From: Erysipelotrichaceae bacterium MTC7
GTDB taxonomy: Bacteria; Bacillota_I; Bacilli_A; Erysipelotrichales; Erysipelotrichaceae
Length of the DNA: 32,000 nucleotides
Direction of reading: 5' to 3'
NCBI GenBank assembly: GCA_001695645.1
Contig: LVZN01000034.1
Span: 30,001 to 62,000 of the forward strand
In this document: piece by piece, positions 1 through 6,663 of the stretch
How positions within the stretch are numbered: the first letter of the stretch is position 1
Layout of the letters: every line of letters starts with the position of its first letter
Position numbers and translations under genes: made by a program
The notes under the pieces: generated by a model
Seen by the model: the letters and a program-made list of their open reading frames with translations, nothing else
Database searches by the model: none
What the model was told of the DNA's origin: nothing

Positions 1-213
1 TCTGACGAAATATTAACTCTTGCTGCACAGGAAGTTTTCAATTTAAGACCTGCAGCCATTATTGAAAATCTACGTCTTAGAAATGTGATTTACTCTGACA
101 CCGCGGCTTATGGTCACTTTAATAGTTGTCTATTCCCGTGGGAGGATGTAAATAAGTACAGTGAATTTAGAAAGGCGGTGGAAAAGTATGTTGATAGAGA
201 AGATAAAAACTAA
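1..213 (+). CDS. metK: S-adenosylmethionine synthetase, C-terminal fragment (5' end outside the window)
   Basis: Frame-1 translation is SDEILTLAAQEVFNLRPAAIIENLRLRNVIYSDTAAYGHFNSCLFPWEDVNK... It carries the conserved MetK C-terminal signature (RP..II..L.L....Y..TAAYGHF...FPWE). Stop TAA at 211-213. Confidence 0.8.
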   Translation, partial: SDEILTLAAQEVFNLRPAAIIENLRLRNVIYSDTAAYGHFNSCLFPWEDVNKYSEFRKAVEKYVDREDKN

Positions 214-1429
214 ACAACTCATCCCCGCTGAATATAACCCAAGGAAGGATTTAAAACCGGGTGATCCGGAATATGAGAAACTTAAACGCTCCCTTGAGGA
301 GTTTGGATATGTAGAACCCGTAATATGGAATAAGACTACAGGCAGAGTCATTGGAGGCCATCAACGTTTGAAAATCCTGCTGAGTATGGGCATGGATGAG
401 ATAGATTGTGTAGTTGTTGAAATGGATGAGCAAAAGGAGAAGGCGCTGAACATTGCACTAAATAAAATAAGTGGTGATTGGGATAAAGACAAATTAGCAC
501 TTCTCATCACGGACTTAAATGCTTCAGACTTTGATGTGTCTTTGACAGGTTTTGACCCGGGAGAGTTGGAGGATCTTTTCAAGGATTCCCTTAAGGATAA
601 TATAAAAGAAGATGATTTCGATGTAGACAGCGAGCTGAAAAAGCCCGCTGTTTCGCATTTAGGGGATATTTGGCTACTTGGGCAGCATCGATTAGTCTGC
701 GGAGACAGTACAAAGAAAGACACCTTTAATGTCTTGATGGATGGGAAAACTGCTAATTTGGTAGTTACGGACCCTCCATATAATGTTAACTATGAAGGCA
801 CTGCTGGAAAAATCAAAAATGACAATATGGCTAACGAAGCGTTCTACGATTTCCTGCTTGCAGCATTTCAGAACACCGAAGCAGCGATGGCAAAGGACGC
901 TTCTATTTATGTATTCCATGCGGATACCGAAGGACTCAATTTTAGAAGAGCATTCTCCGATGCAGGATTTTATCTTTCCGGTACTTGTATATGGAAAAAG
1001 CAGTCCCTTGTTCTCGGTCGCTCTCCTTATCAGTGGCAGCATGAACCTATTCTCTTTGGGTGGAAAAAGAAAGGCAAGCATAACTGGTATTCCGATAGAA
1101 AGCAGACCACCATCTGGGAATTTGAGAAACCGAAGAAAAACAGTGATCATCCTACGATGAAGCCAGTTGCACTTGTGGCCTACCCTATTTTGAACTCAAG
1201 CCTTTCTAATTGTATCGTGCTTGATCCTTTTGGTGGTTCAGGAAGCACGCTGATTGCCTGTGAGCAGACAGATAGAATCTGTTACACCATTGAACTGGAT
1301 GAAAAGTACTGTGATGTCATTGTGAAAAGGTATATTGAGCAAGTTGGAAAATCAGACAGTGTGTTTCTTTTAAGAGATGGTTCGAAAATAAGATATTGTG
1401 ACCTGCCGGACGTTACTACCGCCGATTAA
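188..1429 (+). CDS. ParB-like nuclease domain fused to an N6-adenine/N4-cytosine DNA methyltransferase (beta-class)
   Basis: The N-terminus has the ParBc motif (YNPRK...VIGGHQRLKIL). The middle has DPPY (VVTDPPYNVNY). The C-terminus has the AdoMet motif (LDPFGGSGSTLIA). The ORF is open from 161. ATG 188 follows AAGGCGGTGG and is the likelier start, overlapping the metK 3' end by 26 nt. Confidence 0.9.
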   Translation: MLIEKIKTKQLIPAEYNPRKDLKPGDPEYEKLKRSLEEFGYVEPVIWNKTTGRVIGGHQRLKILLSMGMDEIDCVVVEMDEQKEKALNIALNKISGDWDKDKLALLITDLNASDFDVSLTGFDPGELEDLFKDSLKDNIKEDDFDVDSELKKPAVSHLGDIWLLGQHRLVCGDSTKKDTFNVLMDGKTANLVVTDPPYNVNYEGTAGKIKNDNMANEAFYDFLLAAFQNTEAAMAKDASIYVFHADTEGLNFRRAFSDAGFYLSGTCIWKKQSLVLGRSPYQWQHEPILFGWKKKGKHNWYSDRKQTTIWEFEKPKKNSDHPTMKPVALVAYPILNSSLSNCIVLDPFGGSGSTLIACEQTDRICYTIELDEKYCDVIVKRYIEQVGKSDSVFLLRDGSKIRYCDLPDVTTAD

Positions 1430-1467
1430 TGGAACAGTATTTTCTACAGAAAGATGTTCTAAATGAC

Positions 1468-1510
1468 TTGATATTAACAGCCTTTAGAGTGATATATGTA
1501 TGTACCGAAA
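1468..1510 (+). promoter_or_regulatory. Putative sigma-A-type promoter/operator, copy 1 of a duplicated motif
   Basis: TTGATA (1468-1473), a 17-nt spacer, then GATATA/TGATATATG (1490-1498). The block TTTAGAGTGATATATGTA (1483-1500) is identical to 2622-2639, and both copies are followed by CCGAAA. It lies ~30 nt upstream of the 1531 start. Confidence 0.45.
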
Positions 1511-1530
1511 ATAGAAAGGCGGTATAAAAA

Positions 1531-2319
1531 ATGCAGATAAACTATAATGTCACAGGAGCAAAAAGAAAAGAGCTAGTCAATGCAATCAGCCAAAAACTGA
1601 ATGCTCCTGCAAGATATCTTGGAGCACCTACATTTGCATATGAAGTGGCAGACTACAATATTGACAAAAACGGGGTAGTCAGAGGACCAGATAATTCTGA
1701 ACTGGTTAATAATCTATTAGGCCTTCATGACTTTAAGGCGGTTACAGTAGAATTTGACACACCACTTCCAAAAGCAGAGCCTGTTCTTGAAAATATTCAA
1801 GTTCCTAATGAAGCGGCTCTTGGGGGTAGGGTAAGTCCAAATAGTGATTACGAAGAACCTCCCGTATACAGCGAATCAAATGAAACCGAAGAAGCTATTA
1901 GTTTGATTATTCAAATGCCGAGGGAGGGTTTTAGCGAAACTGCACTTGGTAACCTAAAAGGATTGGTAGAAAGCAAAGAAACCCTTATAAAGAAAGCACT
2001 TGATACTGACTCTATTCCCATTATCATAAATGAGGAATTTATAACCTTCCCTTGGTTCCAGAGTGAGTGCTCCGCAGAGGAGGTTAAGGCTTATACCCAC
2101 TTTGTAACAGCACTTTGTGAAATGGCAAAGAAACAGACTCGCGTCAACTCGACCGAGAAATCAGTGGAGAATGAAAAGTACGCTTTCCGTTGTTTCCTTC
2201 TAAGACTTGGCTTTATCGGGTCAGAATACAAAACAGAACGAAAAATTCTCCTCTCCAAATTGTCGGGTAGCTCTGCCTTCAAAAGCGGAAGTGCCAAGCA
2301 TGAGGAGGTGAGTGAATAA
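1531..2319 (+). CDS. Conserved phage/ICE-type protein of unknown function. Its C-terminal ~40 aa are shared with the downstream amidoligase.
   Basis: 262-aa ORF with an RBS (GAAAGGCGG) and an acidic low-complexity linker in the middle. The C-terminal ENEKYAFRCFLLRLGFIGSEYKTERKILLSKLSGSSAF aligns with the C-terminus of the 2682-3581 product. I recall this N-terminal pattern (..RKELV.AIS...G....YLG.P.FAY.V) from Firmicutes mobile elements but cannot name a function. Confidence 0.7.
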   Translation: MQINYNVTGAKRKELVNAISQKLNAPARYLGAPTFAYEVADYNIDKNGVVRGPDNSELVNNLLGLHDFKAVTVEFDTPLPKAEPVLENIQVPNEAALGGRVSPNSDYEEPPVYSESNETEEAISLIIQMPREGFSETALGNLKGLVESKETLIKKALDTDSIPIIINEEFITFPWFQSECSAEEVKAYTHFVTALCEMAKKQTRVNSTEKSVENEKYAFRCFLLRLGFIGSEYKTERKILLSKLSGSSAFKSGSAKHEEVSE

Positions 2320-2546
2320 TGAATATCATTCATCCAGAAATGCTAAAGCAACTTAGAAGTTATTACACTCCAGGAACTCGAGTCATGTTACTTAAGATGA
2401 ATGACCCTTATACCAAGCTTCAGCCAGGAGATAAAGGTACGGTTACTAGCGTTGATGATTTGGGAACTATCCACGTCAGTTGGGATTCAGGCAGTTCCCT
2501 TGGAGTGGTTTTTGGAGAGGATTTATGCAAGAAAATCGAAGAATAA
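2319..2546 (+). CDS. Small DUF4314-like protein
   Basis: 75-aa ORF. Its start overlaps the upstream stop (TAATG). The motif LKMNDPYTKLQPGDKGTVTSVDDLGTIHVSWDSGSSLGVV matches my recollection of the DUF4314 family common in Clostridia phages and ICEs. Confidence 0.7.
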   Translation: MNIIHPEMLKQLRSYYTPGTRVMLLKMNDPYTKLQPGDKGTVTSVDDLGTIHVSWDSGSSLGVVFGEDLCKKIEE

Positions 2547-2606
2547 AAACACACATTTTAAGCCCAATATGGCAGTAAATATGTAGATTTATGTTGCAGA
2601 ATTGTC

Positions 2607-2649
2607 TTGCTATATAAGCCTTTTAGAGTGATATATGTACATGCCGAAA
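2607..2649 (+). promoter_or_regulatory. Putative sigma-A-type promoter/operator, copy 2 of the duplicated motif
   Basis: TTGCTA (2607-2612), a 17-nt spacer, then GATATA/TGATATATG (2629-2637). The 18-nt core TTTAGAGTGATATATGTA (2622-2639) is identical to copy 1. It lies ~35 nt upstream of the 2682 start. Confidence 0.45.
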
Positions 2650-2681
2650 GGACAAACACACTTTAAAAGGAGCGATACACG

Positions 2682-3581
2682 ATGTTAAGTGCAAAATTCG
2701 GGATTGAGATTGAATTTACCGGGATTACAAGGGAAAGGGCAGCCAAAGTCGTTGCAGAGTATTTGCAAGGCATTTACAGTGAAGGCGGGACTTACTACGA
2801 CACCAAGAAGGTAAAAACTCCAGATGGTCGAGTGTGGAAGTTTATGTACGATGGGAGCATCAACTGTCAAAGAAAAGAAGGTAGAAGAAAAGTAGCTGCA
2901 GGTAGAGCTTATAGTGTTGAGCTGGTTAGTCCAATCCTAACCTACCGGGAGGACATTGAAACTTTGCAAGAGCTAGTAAGAAAGCTTCGCAAAGCTGGAG
3001 CCTTTACAAATACATCTTGCGGAATTCACATTCATCTAGACGGTGCTGAACATACCCCACGAAGCATTCGAAACTTTGTAAATATCATTGCAAGCAAAAA
3101 TGACTTATTTTATAAAGCACTTCAGATTGCACCGCAGAGAATGAATTACTGCAAAAAGATGGACAGCATTTTGGTTGAGAAGATGAACCGTAAAAAGCCT
3201 AAAACCATGAGACAAATTGAGGACATTTGGTACGAAGGTTACAGCGAGAGTAGAAGCACTCATTACCACAACAGCCGCTACCATTTCCTCAACCTTCACA
3301 GCTTTTTTACCGGAAACCATACAGTTGAACTTAGAGGATTCAATAGCGAACTTCATGCAGGAAAGATAAGAAGCTACATTGTTCTAGCACTTGCCATCAA
3401 CCACCAAGCCTTAACACAAAAGTGTGCATCAGCAAAGAAACCGCAGGTGGAAAACGAAAAATTTGCCATGAGAACCTATCTAAACCGGATTGGTTTCATT
3501 GGAGATGAATTTGCAAACTGCAGAGAACATTTGACAGCAGCACTTTCGGGTTCAGCTGCATGGCGGTTTCGGGCGGCCTGA
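2682..3581 (+). CDS. Putative amidoligase (glutamine-synthetase-like fold, Amidoligase_2-type)
   Basis: Strong RBS (AAAAGGAG). The strand motifs FGIEIEFTG, YSVELVSPIL, CGIHIHLDG and VELRGFNS are typical of the GS/GCS2-like carboxylate-amine ligase fold as seen in the Amidoligase_2 family. The gene is followed by an AIG2/GGCT gene, the neighbourhood described for Firmicutes members. Confidence 0.8.
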   Translation: MLSAKFGIEIEFTGITRERAAKVVAEYLQGIYSEGGTYYDTKKVKTPDGRVWKFMYDGSINCQRKEGRRKVAAGRAYSVELVSPILTYREDIETLQELVRKLRKAGAFTNTSCGIHIHLDGAEHTPRSIRNFVNIIASKNDLFYKALQIAPQRMNYCKKMDSILVEKMNRKKPKTMRQIEDIWYEGYSESRSTHYHNSRYHFLNLHSFFTGNHTVELRGFNSELHAGKIRSYIVLALAINHQALTQKCASAKKPQVENEKFAMRTYLNRIGFIGDEFANCREHLTAALSGSAAWRFRAA

Positions 3582-3619
3582 GCTGCCCCTAACTCACAAA
3601 GCTAAGAAGGAGGATTACA

Positions 3620-4078
3620 ATGAAGAATAAATTATACCTTGCCTATGGCTCCAACCTTAATCTAAAACAAATGGCCGACAGATGCCCCACAGCGAAGGTG
3701 GTAGGAGCAAGTCAAATCAATGACCACCGCCTATTATTTCGAGGGGCACACGCGGGCGCTGTGGCGACAATCGAGCCTTTTGAGGGTGGCAACGTACCAG
3801 TTTTAGTTTGGGAGATTACACCGACCGATGAAGCGGCACTTGACCGTTACGAGGGATGGCCGTTCCTTTATCGAAAGGAAACAATAAAAGTGAAGTTGGG
3901 AAGCAAAACCGTCAAGGCGATGGTCTACATCATGAATGATGGTAGACCGCTTGGACAGCCGAGTTGTTATTATTACAGTACAATTTTAGAAGGCTATAAG
4001 AGTGCGGGCTTCGATGTGGAAATCCTGCGCAAAGCTACAACTGATTCAATAGAATCGGAGGAGGTAGCCAATGAATGA
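3620..4078 (+). CDS. Gamma-glutamyl cyclotransferase / AIG2-like family protein
   Basis: RBS AAGGAGG. The N-terminal LYLAYGSNLNLKQMADRCP matches the GGCT/AIG2 signature (YGSN/L...M..R.P). A conserved LDRYEG..FLYRK block follows. Confidence 0.85.
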   Translation: MKNKLYLAYGSNLNLKQMADRCPTAKVVGASQINDHRLLFRGAHAGAVATIEPFEGGNVPVLVWEITPTDEAALDRYEGWPFLYRKETIKVKLGSKTVKAMVYIMNDGRPLGQPSCYYYSTILEGYKSAGFDVEILRKATTDSIESEEVANE

Positions 4079-4259
4079 GATAATTAAGCAACAAATCCTT
4101 TCCATCCGAGAAAGTGGAGTCACAAATATGTTTGATGTGGACCGAGTACAGTATGAGGCAAATGAACGAGGGTTTTATGAATTGGTAGTCTATTTAATAG
4201 ACCATAAAGCAGAATATGCCCATTTCATACTGACGGGTGAAGTGGATAAAAAGAAATAA
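4071..4259 (+). CDS. Small DUF5049-like protein
   Basis: 62-aa ORF overlapping the GGCT stop by 8 nt (ATGAATGA). The motif ILSIRESGVTNMFDV matches my recollection of DUF5049. Confidence 0.65.
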   Translation: MNEIIKQQILSIRESGVTNMFDVDRVQYEANERGFYELVVYLIDHKAEYAHFILTGEVDKKK

Positions 4260-4278
4260 CTAAATCTAAATAGGATAG

Positions 4279-4316
4279 AGAAAAGGGCTTCATCTATAGG
4301 ATTGAGGCTCTTTTCT
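4279..4316 (+). terminator. Hairpin with A-tract/T-tract arms (possible intrinsic terminator) immediately upstream of terL
   Basis: AGAAAAGGGCTTCA (4279-4292) pairs with TGAGGCTCTTTTCT (4303-4316): 14 pairs including 2 G-U, with a 10-nt loop. The core stem is modest (4 G-C pairs). Confidence 0.5.
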
Positions 4317-4347
4317 TATGTCCTTTTCCATAAAAGGGGCGGTGTTT

Positions 4348-5952
4348 ATGCGGAAACTGAAGAAATATAAGCCGACCGCCTTTATAGCTGAAGGGTCATA
4401 TTACGATAAGGACGCTGCTGATTACGCTGTGGCTTTTATCAAAGCACTCTCCCATACGAAAGGTTCATGGGCAGGCAAGCCTTTTGAACTTATCGACTGG
4501 CAGGAACAAATTGTCCGTGATTTATTCGGTATCTTAAAACCTAATGGATACCGGCAGTTTAACACGGCTTATATAGAAATACCTAAAAAGATGGGAAAAA
4601 GCGAGCTTGCAGCAGCAATCGCACTTCTCCTCACTTGTGGAGATGGTGAAGAACGAGCAGAGGTATACGGTTGTGCCGCAGATCGCCAGCAGGCATCAAT
4701 TGTATTTGAAGTAGCAGCCGATATGGTGCGGATGTGTCCAGCGCTGAATAAACGAGTGAAGTTGCTGGCTTCAACTAAACGACTGGTGTACCTGCCGACC
4801 AACAGCTTTTATCAGGTATTGTCGGCTGAAGCCTATTCAAAACACGGCTTCAATATACATGGTGTTGTTTTTGATGAACTTCATACTCAGCCAAATAGGA
4901 AACTATTTGATGTTATGACAAAAGGGTCCGGTGATGCGAGGACCCAACCACTATATTTTCTTATCACCACTGCAGGGACGGATACCCAGAGTATCTGCTA
5001 TGAAACACACCAAAAAGCGGTTGATATTATTGAGGGCAGAAAATACGATCCTACTTTTTATCCCGTAATCTACGGTGCCAAAGAAGAGGATGATTGGACT
5101 GATCCTAAAGTATGGAAGAAAGCAAATCCAAGCTTAGGAATTACAGTAAGTATCGATAAAGTTAGAGCAGCTTGTGAAAGCGCAAAGCAGAACCCTGCTG
5201 AGGAAAATAGCTTTCGACAACTGCGTTTGAACCAGTGGGTTAAGCAATCTGTCCGTTGGATGCCAATGGCAAAGTGGGATGCCTGTGCGTTTCCAGTAAA
5301 ACCAGAGAGCCTTGAAGGTAGAGTATGCTATGGAGGACTTGATTTATCCTCTACCACTGACATTACAGCCTTCGTGCTGGTGTTCCCACCGGAAGATGAA
5401 ACAGATAAATATACCGTTCTCCCGTATTTTTGGATGCCGGAGGATAATATTGACCTCCGAGTTCGACGAGACCACGTGCAATACGACCTTTGGGAGAAGC
5501 AAGGCTATATTTTAACCACCGAGGGAAATGTAGTCCATTATGGATACATTGAAAAATTCATTGAAGAACTGGGGGAAAAGTACAACATTCGAGAGATTGC
5601 TTTTGACCGCTGGGGCGCTGTTCAGATGGTGCAAAATCTTGAAGGGTTAGGCTTTACTGTAGTTCCTTTCGGTCAAGGTTTTAAAGATATGTCACCACCT
5701 ACAAAGGAACTTATGAAGCTGACATTAGAAGAAAGAATAGCACACGGCGGGCATCCAGTACTACGGTGGATGATGGATAACATCTATATAAAAACAGATC
5801 CGGCTGGAAATATAAAACCGGACAAGGAAAAAAGTACAGAAAAAATAGATGGAGCAGTGGCAACTATTATGGCACTCGACCGCGCCATCCGCTGTGGACC
5901 AGGTAATAGTGGAGACTCGGTGTATGACGAGAGAGGTTTGTTTATACTTTAA
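4348..5952 (+). CDS. terL: Terminase large subunit (Terminase_1/COG4626-type)
   Basis: Motifs present: GKPFELIDWQEQIVRDLFG, a Walker A-like PKKMGKSEL and Walker B VVFDELH. The C-terminal nuclease region has DGAVATIMAL. The ORF is open from 4318. ATG 4348 follows AAAAGGGG and lies outside the hairpin, so it is preferred. Confidence 0.95.
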   Translation: MRKLKKYKPTAFIAEGSYYDKDAADYAVAFIKALSHTKGSWAGKPFELIDWQEQIVRDLFGILKPNGYRQFNTAYIEIPKKMGKSELAAAIALLLTCGDGEERAEVYGCAADRQQASIVFEVAADMVRMCPALNKRVKLLASTKRLVYLPTNSFYQVLSAEAYSKHGFNIHGVVFDELHTQPNRKLFDVMTKGSGDARTQPLYFLITTAGTDTQSICYETHQKAVDIIEGRKYDPTFYPVIYGAKEEDDWTDPKVWKKANPSLGITVSIDKVRAACESAKQNPAEENSFRQLRLNQWVKQSVRWMPMAKWDACAFPVKPESLEGRVCYGGLDLSSTTDITAFVLVFPPEDETDKYTVLPYFWMPEDNIDLRVRRDHVQYDLWEKQGYILTTEGNVVHYGYIEKFIEELGEKYNIREIAFDRWGAVQMVQNLEGLGFTVVPFGQGFKDMSPPTKELMKLTLEERIAHGGHPVLRWMMDNIYIKTDPAGNIKPDKEKSTEKIDGAVATIMALDRAIRCGPGNSGDSVYDERGLFIL

Positions 5953-5976
5953 CTTCTACAAGTTTTTTGGTATAAT
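5948..5976 (+). promoter_or_regulatory. Extended -10 promoter for the DHFR-family moron
   Basis: TGGTATAAT (5968-5976) is a consensus extended -10. A weak -35 (TTTAAC, 5948-5953) sits at 17-nt spacing. Confidence 0.5.
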
Positions 5977-6044
5977 ATTAAAAAATAATTTTACTATGGA
6001 AGAGTAATTTAATATGTGTACGTATTAGAAAGGGGTTAATTAAA

Positions 6045-6557
6045 ATGAGTATATTTTTTTATGGCTGTATAACTATGGATGGCTATCTAGCTGGTAAAAA
6101 CCATAACATGGACTGGCTATATCAAGCCGGTACAATAGAAGAAACTGATTATGAAAGTTTCTATAAAAGTATGGATATTACTATCATGGGCAAAAGGACA
6201 TTTAACGAAATTGAAAATATTGAGAATATAGATAGCTTTTATCCAACCACTAAAAACTATGTTTTTACACATGCTGAAAGCTTATCAGTTGAGGGGTTTA
6301 TTCCTGTTAATTGTGATATAGTAGAGTTTGTTAAACAAATAGAAAAGGATAAAAACATTTGGGTTATTGGAGGGAACACAATATTAGCTCCTTTATTAGA
6401 TAATGATATGGTAGATAATATGATAATACAGATTGCTCCTGTGTTATTGGGGAAGGGAATACCATTGTTTTCACAGAAGGAAGCATTAAAGCGATTTTCC
6501 TTGAAAGAAGTAAAAAAATACGGACAATTTGCAGAATTAATTTATAATAAAATATAG
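6045..6557 (+). CDS. Dihydrofolate reductase family protein (RibD C-terminal domain type)
   Basis: 170 aa. FFYGCITMDGYLAG...MDWL, ITIMGKRTF, IWVIGGNTI and IQIAPVLLGKGIPLF are typical RibD_C/YwjB-like motifs. RBS GAAAGGGG. Hand counts on a few 60-nt lines give ~30% GC versus ~45% in neighbouring phage genes. Confidence 0.85.
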   Translation: MSIFFYGCITMDGYLAGKNHNMDWLYQAGTIEETDYESFYKSMDITIMGKRTFNEIENIENIDSFYPTTKNYVFTHAESLSVEGFIPVNCDIVEFVKQIEKDKNIWVIGGNTILAPLLDNDMVDNMIIQIAPVLLGKGIPLFSQKEALKRFSLKEVKKYGQFAELIYNKI

Positions 6558-6613
6558 CTTCACAACTTTTATACTATATGTTACTTAACTATGTGTTTGA
6601 AATATTCAAATTT

Positions 6614-6642
6614 AAAGCATCTCTTTACGAGGTGCTTTTTTT
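6614..6642 (+). terminator. Rho-independent terminator after the DHFR-family gene
   Basis: AAAGCATCTC (6614-6623) and GAGGTGCTTT (6629-6638) form a 10-bp stem (1 G-U) with a 5-nt loop, followed by a T-run. Confidence 0.7.
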
Positions 6643-6663
6643 ATGTCCATTTCAAGGAGAGTG

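Noticed and set aside
130-1150. Minus-strand ORFs (130-351, 251-433, 361-723, 692-1150) and the + strand alternative-frame ORF 783-1160 inside the metK and methyltransferase region
   Set aside because: They lie entirely within well-supported + strand genes with clear family motifs. They have no RBS, show low-complexity or odd composition, and have no recognisable motifs, so they are shadow ORFs.
1503-1524. Inverted repeat TACCG...CGGTA spanning the RBS of the 1531 gene, considered as an attenuator or riboswitch-like switch
   Set aside because: The stem is only 5 bp, and it is not reproduced downstream of the second copy of the conserved motif (2640-2680). The evidence is insufficient.
4071-4259. 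The 62-aa ORF upstream of terL considered as the small terminase subunit
   Set aside because: The only argument is its position. The sequence matches my recollection of DUF5049 rather than any terS family, and it is separated from terL by a terminator-like hairpin.
6045-6557. Calling the moron a trimethoprim-resistance dfr gene
   Set aside because: The motifs are of the RibD C-terminal/YwjB-like reductase family, not the FolA/Dfr type. Resistance cannot be inferred from sequence alone, so it is kept as a generic DHFR-family protein.
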